DNA of 63,981 nucleotides, counting the filler, from Lenisia limosa (Eukaryota > Protista > Breviatea): the NCBI GenBank assembly GCA_001655205.1. It is 9 parts of 9 records of this genome, joined end to end, with 100 filler letters (N's around TTAATTAATTAA, not from the genome) between each part and the next. Parts side by side here need not be neighbours in the genome. Positions count along the whole stretch, not along the records: positions 23,862 to 50,715 come from LPNZ01005678.1; 8 more parts are not named here. The stretch is one strand, 5' to 3'. The notes beneath the pieces are model-generated. The model was given only the letters and a program-made list of their open reading frames with translations. It ran no database searches and had not been told where the DNA came from. Below, piece after piece: positions 29,601 through 42,792 of this stretch (its first letter is position 1; each line of letters starts with the position of its first letter). The translations under genes were made by a program, and so were the position numbers.

Positions 29601-32600
29601 GCACAACACGCTTGCCTCTCGTCGTCTTGAGCGTGCACGCAAACAGCGCACGCGAAACCCCCACACGCTTCCTTCGGTCACCTTGGCTCCCCTTGCAGGA
29701 TGTTGGTTGTGGATAGTAACCCCTTGTGACCTCTTTTTGCGCTCGAATTCTTGTGACCCCACAGCCTCATCCCCCGGGCCTCGACGACAACTGTTGTCAA
29801 CTATGTCCTTGGTGAGCCATTTTGCTATATATGTGGTTTTTGTCTTAATACCAACGTTGCGTGTTTCACCCAACATCTGACTCCGCTCTAGGAAGCTGGC
29901 GAAGGAGCCCAGCGTCCCGATGGGGTGTCCACTCTTGATATGCCTGGGGTAAGCGCATGGCTTTTTTAATTCATGGTTGTGGCAAATATCTCATCACATA
30001 TTGCAGCCCAAGAGCAGCCCTTCATCAAGACGGTCATCTCGACAAAGCGGAAATCTCAACATTCCTGAAGCCCATTTACGCCGTGCCAAGCTGCAGGTGT
30101 GTGGCCAGTGACTCCCTTACCTTCTGTTCTTATTTTACCAATCAAGGCTTTTTCGGATGTGATTAGCAAGGTTCTTCCCGACATCTATATTTCGGGAGAA
30201 AAGGTTTGCTGAGATAACGGCTTGTATTTGTCTGTGTTATTAATTATGTTACCAACTTATTTCGTGCAGCCTACAAGCCGCATGCAGTCGCTCGACCAAC
30301 ATGGTATCAAAACTATCCTCAACTGTGCATCATCCCTATTACGGAACCACTTCCCTCTCTCCTACACCTACCACGTAAGCCCTAAGTGTTACCATTCACC
30401 ATTCACAACACAGACCCTCCATCTCCACGACACTCCTGATGACGACCTTATCGCTGTTATTCCAACTGCCATTTCCTGGATTGAAGTATGACGAGATCTA
30501 ATCCCCCCCCCCCCTTACCATGTAGTCTGCNNNNNNNNNNNNNNNNNNNNNNNNNNNNNNNNNNNNNNNNNNNNNNNNNNNNNNNNNNNNNNNNNNNNNN
30601 NNNNNNNNNNNNNNNNNNNNNNNNNNNCCATCGTTATTGCCTACGTAATCCTCACCAACAAATACGACTATGACGATGCAATGGCTCTCGTAAAAGTCGG
30701 CCTATTCAGGACTTGTTTTGGATTTCTGAAATTTACCCTGGTTTTACCTCTTTTCCTCTTGTAAATACTATCACGTATGTTATCGAGGCGAACTGTCCTC
30801 TCACGTCCTCCAGGCGGGCCGACCGATCTGCTCACCCAACCCGGGCTATGTGGCGCAGCTCATGTTATGGCGAAGATGGGCCGTGCCGTCTCCTCAAGCT
30901 CCCCCCACTCCACCCCTCAGAATATGGATCATGGTGAGCTTACCCTCCAGCAACGTTAGTGACATTACAGGCCCCACATTCCCCTCTCTCCCCGCACCAT
31001 ATTGTCGGCTTCCGCATGGACCCAGCCGTCTGCACGTGCTTGGACCCGCGACATGTGTACGTCATACAGGTCTGTGTTCCTGGGGTGCCAAACTATTCCT
31101 CATATTATGGCATGTTCACATTGCTCTTGTTCACCTTTGCAATTGTTTTAACGCGGTAGTCCCCCACAACTGTTTACGTGTGGGAAGGCAAGCTCTCAAC
31201 ACACTACCACCAAACACGCATGCCTTTCCTGGCCCGTGACACGTGGTTAGCAGCCGGCGGTACGATGAAGGAGGTCGAGCAGGCCGTCATTCCTGACTCG
31301 CACGGCTTCGACCTGACCGTTCTTCCAACCGAAGACGACATCAAGGAGTGTCTTGATAAGGCCGTTTTGACACCTGCTTTGACGTGAGGGCTTTTCTTTG
31401 TACTCTCTGGTCTTTTTTGTACCTTTTCCCTCTTGCATCATGATGGACAGCACAGTTGTTTTTTGACGTTTCATTGGGATTGGGGGGGGGGGGTAGCTTT
31501 AGTGTGGCAACTATTCTTGGTTGNNNNNNNNNNNNNNNNNNNNNNNNNNNNNNNNNNNNNNNNNNNNNNNNNNNNNNNNNNTTAATTCAAAAACAGTATT
31601 TTACTCCCCCGCCAGACACGCAGCACTTGCCGTCGGCACCGTCCGACACGACACTGAGGTGCTTATTGCCCGCGCTCAGGCTCTCAAGGTAGGCATGTTT
31701 TGGTTCCAATGAAGTGCTAACATTAAAGGGAGGCAAAAAGGCGCGAGCAGCACAACTTGAACTCGAGAAAAACGTACACTTGTCACCTTTTCTTCTTTTT
31801 CCTTTTGAATGTTGTTTCACTCTTTAGGCTGTTGCTGTTGATAACAGTGGTGTGCCAGAAAGCATCTATGGAGGTTTGGACTGGAGAATCAGGATACGAT
31901 TATTGTTTCGATGCTAATTGCCTCAGGGACACGAGAGTTTATCCCCACACCGTTTGCTGCTGGGTTGACGCTAGCTTCTTGGGTTGTCGACCGGGAGGGT
32001 GAAGTCCTCAAAACGNNNNNNNNNNNNNNNNNNNNNNNNNNNNNNNNNNNNNNNNNNNNNNNNNNNNNNNNNNNNNNNNNNNNNNNNNNNNNNNNNNNGC
32101 AATCCTCCTGTGCCTCTTTGATGTGAAGCAAAGTCCTAACCTTCATATCAGGACGGAGTGGCAAGATACTACGGATACAAAGCTACTGCAGTACATCACA
32201 AGATGCGCCCAGTTCACTGACACTTCGCAGGAGGAGCAGGTGAGTAACTTAGTGTTTTCTTCAATATGTCTTCATATTTGTCGTTTTTTAGGGAAACTTT
32301 TAGTTTTCTTCAACATGCCTTCACATTTGTCATTGTTTTGGAAAACTTATCGTTTTCTTCAACATCGCTTCACATTTTTCATTATTTAGGATGTCGTTGC
32401 GGTATCTCCAAATGAGTCTGACGTTCTTCAGCTCAAAGTAAGCCTTACCCACCCTCGCAATATTGACCCACAGTACCCTCTGCTCTTCGAGTATCCTTCG
32501 TGTGAGGCTCTTCCGCTCTTCGATTCTGATGACCTTCTACCGGACCAAACATTCATCCTGGTGACTGATGGGTTGGGGGAGTAGTTTCAAAATGGTGTGG

Positions 32601-32969
32601 TTATGGATATGATTTCTTTTGATTTGTTTTGACGGCTTCGGTCAGATACAGCTTTAGTCAATTATTATTTCACCCTCTTTTTTCTCACCTCTCAGGCCGG
32701 TGTACCATGTCTGGGTCGGGGAGGATTGGGCAGGTGATGAAATCTGGGTGGGTGGCTGGTGCAACTTGAGAGGATGATTACATCACTAACACCAATAACA
32801 TGTCCAGTCTGCGTTTGCGCCCGAGGCCGTTCTGGGCCTTTGCGAGAGCCAAGGACTGGAACCCGGCTTGGTCGAGGTCATATTCGGCTCCGAAGGTAGG
32901 TTGTTGTCTGTTCTTCCTTCTAACCTTTTAGAACCGGATTCTTTTTGGGAGTTTTTTGTTAACGGTTAA
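26659..32969 (+). CDS. Receptor-like multi-pass membrane protein fused to an MKP1-type dual-specificity phosphatase and gelsolin-like repeats
   Basis: Signal peptide MCLKWLLLLLCVLGVQA; Ig/filamin-like GNFQAQFIPPFAGTFNVQL; >=7 hydrophobic segments. Then VISKVLPDIYISG…GIKTILNCA…LHLHDTPDDDL…WIE…IVIAY…RPICSPNPGYVAQL (DSP fold), APHSPLSPHHIV…LDPRHVYVIQ…VYVWEG, FDSDDL…VWVG…GSE|EPDSFWEFFVNG*. The catalytic HCxxGxxRS is expected inside N gap 30531-30627. Confidence 0.75.
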
Positions 32970-33151
32970 TGTTCGTTTCATGTTTTTAGGGGGGGGGGGT
33001 TCTTGTATTATGTTAATCTCTGTTCGAGACAATCCGAAGAGACCAAGAGGACAACAATGGGGAAAGATGTACATGTATATTTGAATAGCAATATCAAAAA
33101 ATAAACTGCTTAAACGTTACAATTAAATGTTAAATAAGACATCAGGGAACA

Positions 33152-36100
33152 CTAAACTTTCACAGCGTTAGTGTTGCATGGTGGGCTGTCCAGGGTTGTG
33201 GCAATGCTCATTTCTGACATTCGTTGTCGTTCCTTTTCATCCCGTTCTTGGTCGCTTGCGTCCGCTAAATCATAAGCCTGAAGAAACACCTTGCTTTGCC
33301 TCTCCCACCCCTCCCCCTCTCTCACATTTGTTTTGTTCACTGGGGACTGACTAAATGGATAAGCCAAGGGGTGGTATCACTGCGTAAATGTATGAATTTC
33401 CTCGTCCCCAACCTCGTCAATCTTATCAGGATCAGTGGCTTGAGACTGTGCGTGAGTGGCGTCAATAATAAGGTCTTCCAGCGGCTGCCCATTGCCGCCG
33501 ATATCCAGATCGATAAGCGTCTTGTCGCGGTCTTCCTTCTGAGTATTACCACAGAAGATGCAAATCAGAATGCAGACAACAGCCAGGACCACAAGCCCAA
33601 TGGCAACGTAGATCATGCCATCATCGTCATCACTTGAGGAGTCGCGTTGGTCGCTTGTGACAGGGTCTGAGGATTCGATAACATTGTCCGAAGACGAAGA
33701 GCCAGTGGAACTGATAAACACGAACTGCGTGAAATGGCAAACGTCAGTAGCGACGAGGGAGTCATAGATCTCGATAATGGGTGGGGTGCATGTTTCACTC
33801 GCGTCCATCCACTGGCCGTTGAGGTGGATCATGAGCTTGGTGAAACGCGCGTCCGACCCATCCGTGATGTTAACGGAAATCTGGACAGCTCTGTCCAATT
33901 CAACTTCCTCAATGACACCAGTACCGTTTCTATATGGTGAAATGAAGAAGGACGTGTAGACTTTGGTAATGTCCGCGCTATCTGGCGGGTCTTGGTATGA
34001 CGCATGTTCCTCTGTTGCCAGGTTGAAGGCAATGTCAGATCCTGAAACAATGAGAGAAAACTAAAAAAACGCACATTTTAAATACCATATTGAATGAGAG
34101 ATTGGCTTACCAAGTGGAAGGCCTGCACCGCCGGGGACGCTGAGCAGAATATCGGGCCTAACACCGTCCGACTTGAACAAAGAGAGATCGTAAGATCCGA
34201 GAGAACTGTCAAATGGAATAATCCTCGTTTTTGTTGATACACAGTAATGAGAATAAGGCAGGAAGCCAGATGGGCACTTGTGGCATAAACGGTAATTGTC
34301 AGTTTCACAAACCAGGCAGATTTGTGAATCCAACGGGCGTGGCAAAGTCAAACACTCTAACTCAGCGATGGGCTGACAAATTGAAGGTGAGCCGCTGCAG
34401 TTGAATCCTGGTTGTATCGCACAGTTGACACAGGCTTCATGAACCCCAGCAGGATCGCAGTCTTCATTGACATCAATAACTCCATTTCCGCAAAGCTGAT
34501 AACAACTGTCTGTGCCATCCCCACAGGAAACATGGAAGACTGCTACTCTGCCACTTGCTACGGGTCGGCATGTCACGGTCTCGTCTGTTGCTTCAGTTGT
34601 GACACCGGTTTTGGACCATTGTATCCCGTTCCAAAAGAGGCAAGTCGGTTGACAAAGCGGGCAACTATGTGGCTGTTCCCTCAGCTTCCAGACTGGGAAG
34701 GACACAGAGTAGTCTGACAGTGGTTGGACCACAGACTCCGTGTTAACAATAGTAAAAGTGGCAACATGTGAAGACGCTGGGAAGGTGTCCGGCAAACCAA
34801 CTGCCACGTCATACATAAGGTCGGGTGCCAGTGTGCAACGAGCGTCGTACACTCCTGTGCTCATTGAGCCAGAAGGAACTGCAAAATCGACATCATAAAC
34901 CGACGAGCTGAAGGTCCTGGCTGAGTCAAAACGCTCAGAGTAGAGGTAAAAATTGTTGTCATTGCTGGAAAATACTTCCCCGACATATTGGAATGTCTCG
35001 GTTGTTTTATTGAAGATGGAATTGACAAACTCATGGAACTGAAGGTTGGAAGGCGAGCGTCTAGCCTGGGTGCGGGAGAGCGCAACCGCCAAAGCAGTTG
35101 ATTGCTGGAGGTTGTCAAAGAGCGAGTCACGAGAAATCGGCAAGGTAGAGGCGAACGAAGCTTCGAAGAGTTTGATAGCCTTGGTAGAAACGGCGGTGTC
35201 GAATGGACCGTTCTCCTTTATCGCAGTCAGCGTACTGAGGACAGACCCCACTTCAATGTCGTTCACGTAGTCTTCCAGTACTCTCAACATTGTGACCAGC
35301 AGGTCAGCGGAGAGTTCTCTTCTCTCAACCTTTAACTCAGTGTTTATGAGAGCTGTGATCAGTGACAGGACAGCTGTTGCCTCCTTAGTCTCCCACGCGT
35401 GCTCTTGTACGTCTGAGATAAGGTTTTGTGCTTCAGCAAGGGTGATGTTCGGGCTGGAAGCTGAGACCTTCGTTGTGGCAATTGAATACGAGAGGAAACG
35501 ATCAACAGCAAAGACACCAACAGTCTTCTGAAGGCCCGGTTCTGAGCCGTCAGCAAAATGTTAATGGTATTCAGAATGTAGGATTGAAATGATCACATTA
35601 TCAAACTATTTTCTTGTTTCGCTTTTGTTGGCCATCATAGTGTGACCGGGATAAGTCTTGACCTGTTTTATTTGGGATATCACATATCATATCAAATCGG
35701 TCGACTTTTCCCGGTCACTGTATATCATATTATATGACACTCATACCAGAGTGAAAACCTCAATAGATACTGGTAGGGTTATGAAAAGCCACACCAACCA
35801 GATGGGGAAAGGACCACATCCACGTAGTCTCTGGACGACAGCGTAGACAATATCCTTTTCGGCTCTTGAGGGCCGTTTTGCTCAAAAAACTGGTATTGAA
35901 TTGGAGCCTAACAAGTTAGTGAAAGCATCAATAAGAGTAGACAATAAATAGCACAGCACCCCCCACCGAATCAGATGTCCAGCCGTTGGCCGTGAGCCGG
36001 ATGGTTTCAGTAACGGCTGTGACGGAGTCCGCCGATACCAGCACTTGTCCGTCAGTCGGTGGCGTGCGGATTGGTACGTTAATAGATGTTGTGGATGAAC

Positions 36101-39100
36101 CGGCCTCGTCTTGTACGTAGCAAGACACTGTGACCGTCGCACCTGCAATGAAAGGTCCTTGAAGCACAAACGAAGGTGACGTAGTGTCATTAGTGTGGGC
36201 TGTCAGGTCAATAGAGTCGGTAGACCATTGGAACGAGAGGCTGGAATGGTATTCTGTTTGCACTTCAGTGAACACAATAATTGATCCACTAGGGTGGGCA
36301 CCGTAAGGCACATGGGGGGATATGAGGGTCACCGCAGGAACATAGACAGGAAGAATGGTGATTACTTGTTCAGTGCTGGATAGTGCTAGGCTTCTGGAAA
36401 GAGTCAAAGTGAACTTAATCTGACCAACAGGAAGGCTAAATGCTTCAAAAGAAAGCCGCTCAGAGGCGTTCAGCTCCAGTACGCCACCCGAACGATTCGT
36501 GCATGGCATGTTTGACAGGACACTCACACATTGCCACGTCACACTTTCCGCATCGGCAGCTTCGGCCTCGGAAGCAGATACCTCTAGGGCTGAGCTCTGG
36601 GCCACCATACGAGATGCGCCGCCGACTATTTCTGCATTTGGCGGTGTGGGTTGGCGTTCAATGTCGAATGAGAATGTTGATGCCAGGCTGGGGTTAGACT
36701 TCATAGCTACAGTAATGCTGATGGTGCAGTTGGTGTCCCATGGCATTTTGGATGCAGCTGCCACAATACGAGGTTTGTCAGTGGCCTGGCCATCAAGCAT
36801 ATTGGGGCATGATGCAGCCCATGAATATGTCACTACCCGGTCATCCCCAACCAAACACTTGGACACTGTCACAAAGGCATGGAACGTGGTGGAGCCTGAG
36901 AGGTAGCGAAGGCCACTTTGAGGTACGCTGACTGTCGGAACACTAGGTGCTTCAACAGAGAAAGTGAAGGACTGTGTGGCCGAGTGTTCAAGGTAGTTCA
37001 GGACACTGGCAACGATGGTGTACTCCTGACCGGGTTTGAGTGCAGTTTGAGGGATGGTGAGCACGTGACCCTGGATAATGGAGTTGGCCACGACGTCATC
37101 CAAAGACGACCACTTCACAACCGAATCGCGGCCGCCCAAGTTGCTTACTGCTGCAACAATACGAAGACCATCACTGCAGAAGGAAACCACCTTCGGACCC
37201 GATATTTGAATTTTGGGATATATGGGGGCACAGGGCGGCTCTATTAATACTGTTCCTGTCAGCTCATGGGCTTCCTTGCCTTCACGACAAACATGAAATG
37301 CTCCACCCTTAAAGGTGAGCGTGTTTCCGGCCAGGAAAATGGCCCAAGATGTGCAGAGAATCTCGAGTGTCGTGGAGTTGCGAACCACTACCACTGAGTT
37401 CAATCCCAGGAGTTCAGCAGAGTCAAAGTCAAATACTAACAGAACGGGTACTTTTGTATTGGGCTTATCACTCATGACTGGTTGAGAGAGCATGATAATG
37501 ATAGTTGAAGCAGAATTGATCTTTGCTCTCTCAACAAACAAATCATCCGTGTTGGCATGGCACTCCACCACAACGTCAAAAGCCACAGTCTGTGACGCTT
37601 TAACAGCTTCATCCACAATCGTAACAGAAAGGTCAGCTGACTCGGGAGGAACATTGGAGTCAATGGGCTTGACAAAGGTGTATTCAAAGAGACACATCAC
37701 ACCGGAAAGGTCAGTCTTCACGGCAAGCACCTGTCCTGAGGACTTGCCCCGGATGGTGGGGCATTTGGTGGCCGACGGCAGAGCAAAAGTTGCAGTTCTG
37801 GACTGAGCCATGACGGAGTACTCGTTTGCCGAATTGGCATCATGGATGGATAGCGACGCCAGACCAAAACCCCCGTAGCTGCTGAGGGGCAGTGTTTCGC
37901 CATTTGAGAGAACCGGCGCTACCTCCTGCGGAACGGGTCTCACAATGCCAACCGCTGTCAGCATGCTGCTTGCATCCTCCCCGACGGACACAGTGAAGGT
38001 GACATCTTCAGTTTGGCTGCTGGGGTACAACACTCGAACTCCGTAAGCAAGCCGGACAGCAATCTCGTCAAACGTGCCTTGAAAGGTAACTATATAGGCA
38101 GAAGCGATGCCAGTGAGAGCAAAGAGCCCTGAATTGCCTTTAACCTTGACAACCATGGTCTTGGTGGGACTGGCTGTAATGTTGGATAGAGTAGGGAACA
38201 CATAGCACTGATCACTTTTGGAACATTCAGTGAGACCAGGAAGAGAAATGGACACCGTCGTCATTTTAGTGCCAAAAGATCCGGTCAACACAAACAATCC
38301 TGAAGCTGGTTCCGAGTTGACCTCTTCACTAACAATTGAGTCATCATTAAGAACGCATGTTAAGCTGCCCACAGCCACATCGCCGGCGCCGACAAGGCTT
38401 GTGATGTTGGCCTGCCATTGCTTCGACGTAATCCAAGATCCAGACAGGGCAAGAGCTGTGACGCTAGGTGAGCAGGTGATACCCATTGTGTCACTTTGGC
38501 GGACAGGTTTGCTGAAAGTCACAGTGAGAGTGTCGCCTTCAGAAATGACATTGTCTTTGTTCATGGGGTCATTGGCAACAAACGAAACAATTTCCGGCGC
38601 AGTTGCAAGAGTTTGGAACGTCTTATCTACACAGTTAGAAAATATGAAAACCAATACATGCGTAATAGGCATATTTACTTTCCCACTTACTTGAAGGATT
38701 GGATTCGGCATTGTTGAAGATGGTAACAAAGCTGACAGTGTAACTATGAAGCGGAACAAGATCAAAGAACCGGAACTCCAGATCTGTGGTGAAAACCTCC
38801 TGGTAGTCGCCGCCCGATAATGACACTCTGAACGACGTCCCTCCAAAGACATGGTCCCAGGTAACCAAGGCCGAGTGTGCTGTTACCGCAACTTCAATGG
38901 AAAACACTGGGGGAGGAGGGCCGCTCATCGTGGCAAAAGAAAACTCATCGGAGGGCAAACTACAAGCCTTGGAACTGCAGTACCTGACGGTTGCCGTGTA
39001 ATCCCTGTTGTTCTCGAGGGCACTGGTGGTAATGATGGGGTTGTCAGATGTGATGTTCATGTTAACGGGAGTGAGGATGTTCACAGAGTAGTTCGCGAAT

Positions 39101-42100
39101 CCCGCCGGAATGGGAACGTCAAAGATAACGTTAACAACAGAAACACTAACGAATGGAACGGAAGGCTGAGCAAGGGGGCAACTGGGGGTTATGAAGCTAG
39201 GCGCGGAGATTCGGTCGGACTCTGCCTCGTCCTTAAGGGCCGATACCGAAATGTTGTAAAACGTGTTTGGTAGGAGAGTTAAGTCAGCAAACAGTTCTCC
39301 GATAATGATTGGGGTCTCCCAGAAGCCGTTTGCACTGATTCGAACTGCGTAGTTGTCCGTCAGAATGTCGCTACTTTTCCAGGAGACAAAGCCAACCTTG
39401 CAAGAGTACAGCACAGCAACATCTGAAGGAGCGGATGGCGCTTCTCCAAGTGTGCGGAAAAAGTTGGACGACACAGTGCTTTCTTGTTCACTGTTGAAGG
39501 ACTTGATCTCGAGAACATAATCCGTGGCCTTGGTCAGCCCCATAAACTGGTAAAACAGGACGCTTGGGGGAAGGGTCACGGTTTGCCCCCCTGGCTGAAG
39601 GGAAAGGACATGCGACACGTTTCCTGGGGTGAACCATATGACCTCAACAGATGTTGTTTGCGAAGTAGTGGCAATGTTCGTGGGGGCAGCCGGAGCCGAA
39701 CACGTCAAAACATTGGCAATGCATCCGTCAAGAGTACAGTGCTGACATTGTGGTAGGATGGAGCAAAATGCCGATACCTCCGGGCATTGAGGGAGGGTGG
39801 AAGTCACAACTGTCCAATTGGCTTGGACGCTGAGAACATGCCTCACCTTGATGGCAAACGTCTCGCCAGGGGTGAGAGCTACCATGCTGTAGCCAAATGG
39901 AAAGGACGTGGCATCTGTTAGCTGAATGCTGGTGCTGTTTGGTTGGAGCACCTCGTAAACAGCGGTGTAGTTGGTGCCCATTGATGACGAGCTCCATAAA
40001 AGGATGTAGTTTACTCCTGTTCTCATGACGGTGGCATTTGTAATGACAGGGTACGCACACATTTCCCCAAAAGTCCCATTCAGACACACACACGACGTGT
40101 TGAAGTACACCTCTCCAGGCAAGCATTTTGAGATACCAGGACACGTCAGCATCTCGCAGTTGGACATGCCCCTGCCCTCAAGAATGGTTTTGCCGCCAAA
40201 AGCCAGGGAGTCAAATGGAGCCAAAGCCACCGTGACCCAGGTGTCACCGGCAACAAGGGTAGAGTGGACGGCGGAATTGAGGGAAATGTTAGTGGGCGAC
40301 TTGAGATCGGGGATCTAGGTAAATCAATCGACTGAAGTCGCAAATATAATTGCCTATCTCTCAGCAATGACAAATTTCCAGCCTACAAAGAAAAGAGTGT
40401 CATTTGCTGATTCGTGGAGGTAATATAGGAAACCGTCAAAGGAAGAAATCTCCTAAAAGAGAATATGAAAGAATATCATTATTTACCCCTACGTTTCCTG
40501 ACTTGACAGTTACAATTGAGTTGTTCCAAATGCAAAAGTAGTCCGAAGTGGTGTTAGAAACGCATGCTATTCAATAACTTGAAGGATGGTTTCTTTAGCT
40601 TACGAGAAGTCCACGTTACGTTGGGTAGTATAATTCGACCCCCAGGGAAAGTGGCGGTTGTGTCCAAGTTGAATGTACTCTTGCCGGTTAAAAAATGATG
40701 ATGAAAACCAGAATTGAAGGGGCGCTACTTTCCCCTCCCCTACTAGGTGAGTTGGCTGCGATAAGATGTTGCTTTGGGTCAGAGAGAAGTCGTTGACATG
40801 ACTCGGAACAGAAATAATGACAGATTTCGGACTTGAGAAGTACATGGTGTTACTACCATAGTTCTGATGACCTTTCTGAAGATCACAGTTATACCCAAGG
40901 ATTCATCCTACCTCTGAACAGAAAATCATGTCAAAATGGGACACATTTTGATAAACAAAGCACAACATATCAGTGGAGTTGAATTCACATTCTGGTGATG
41001 AGTTGGTAAGGGAAATAGTATAACGCACCAAGAGGGCAGCTCAGTACATGAGTAATAATACTGTCTCCAATGGTTAAAGGTGTGTGATATTGCGCTTTCA
41101 GGAACACTCGCATTTCTGTGGCAAGTGGAATGATTCCGTCTTTGTAGGATACAGTTGCTGCATTTAGCATCTAATGACAATAAGGTCAATTCAATAGAAA
41201 AATCAGGTCACCTACAAATATATTCTGCCATTTTCCAGTATATGAAACCATAATCTCAGAGGGTTGAGTCGTAATCTAACAGTAAGAGGGATGTCGACAC
41301 GGTTGGTTTTCAAAATTAATTTAGGCAATTAATTGCAATCAACACTCAAAATAGAATTTCATATTAATAATTGCCATTACTTAGCCCTCCCACAATACTG
41401 TGATTTTTTTTTATGTACAAAACGTCAGAAGCATAGCAGATATAGGTATCAAAGGTTGACTGGAGACACTCTGAGAGTATTAGCAAGGTGACATGAGGTT
41501 ACCATTATGAAGACTGTTGGCACTGTAAACAAATTGCCTGTTCGCGAAGAAGTAGATCCCTTCTTTGTTAAGAGTACCAATTTCAAAGCTTGCAGATTCT
41601 GAAAACGTTAGCTTTCCAAGTAGAGTACAGGTAAACAGCGAAATAGTAACGGTGGTATGAAATCCTTTCAAAATGTTAGGTTCTTGCATTATGTGGTAGG
41701 TGGGTAATATGAAATGTCATACCAGTTGGGACAATTGTGACATTGCCGTTGATGTCAATTTCGAAAGCCTCATGTGTTCCATTAAACTAAACGGAATAAT
41801 TATCATCATTAACAGAAAAGGTGATTCAGAAGAAAGATTTGAAAGGTGAATTAAAAACATGGTTTGGATACCATCTCATTACAATTCTGTTTTTGAAATT
41901 ACTCTGACAAGAGAGGAAAAAAACAACAAAAAAAAAAACATGAGAAAAAAATCAACAAAAACAACACTTAACCAACCAGAAAGGTCCAATTTAAAGCTGC
42001 ATCTTCAGCAGTGATGTTCAAATAGTCCACCCGTGCCTAAGTCGTGAGCAGACAAGTTCTGTGGATCATGTTCAGAGAGCATTCCCAAAAGTAGAGAGAA

Positions 42101-42302
42101 AACTTACATTGGTTCCGTTCCTATCAATATAGGCATTATACGTTGAATTAGCAGGGTTAAAGGTCCAGCAGACTTCAGTAGGGGCAAGAGGAGGGCATCC
42201 TACAAAGTGAAACAAGAAACATTATCATAACTGCAAGATTTACTAACCTAAACATAAAGCCACTAAAATAAGCCCAAAAACTAGGGCCAAGGAGGATTGC
42301 AT
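33152..42302 (-). CDS. Giant type-I membrane protein with EGF-like, FN3, REJ (PKD1-like), GAIN/GPS-like and Cys-rich repeat domains
   Basis: Signal MQSSLALVFGLILVALCL; CVCLNGTFGEMC (EGF); FN3 repeats (APAAPTNI…YVLEIKSFN); REJ-like ALKPGQEYTIVASVLN…P..G.V.V…LTANGWTSD; CLFWNGIQWSKTG; CGNGVIDVNEDCD; CHFTQF; single TM IYVAIGLVVLAVVCILICIFC; short acidic tail. Long ORFs at 38635-40230, 35928-38852 and 34061-35290. Confidence 0.85.
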
Positions 42303-42792
42303 AGTTTTAGTGAATGGCCATAATCCTATTCCAGGCTAAACCCCTTCTTAACACGTTGACTCAACACCACCAGCCAGATTACAATAGCAGACACACAAAT
42401 GCCCAAAAAACACAAACCCCGAAAGGGTAAAGTGGTTAGAGTCCGTACCGTTGAGTCTGTAGTAATGTGTATTTTTTTTGTCCTTCATTCTCTCTCTCTG
42501 CATATTTGTTAATGTATTTGACTATTATTTCGTAAAAAAATAAAAGAATAGGCGATTAAGGGATAGTTAGCTCAATTGACACTTCGTTACCGCCTTCAAG
42601 GCATGAAAGTCCCATCCCCAGACAAGAAGTCCTCTTGGGACATTCCTGTAAGAAATATTGTTCTTTTGTTGTACATTGTTCTCTAAGCTAACTGTTTTTC
42701 CCCCTCTCCCAATTCAATACGTATTGTTTGTTTTTTTGTTTGTTTTACCATTTCACGACTCTCAGGAGAATCTTGATGCAAACCCCTCACGA

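Noticed and set aside
42560-42620. tRNA-like start GGGATAGTTAGCTCAATTG
   Set aside because: No T-loop (GTTCRA) or anticodon arm; it lies in the REJ/Nup107 divergent intergenic region.
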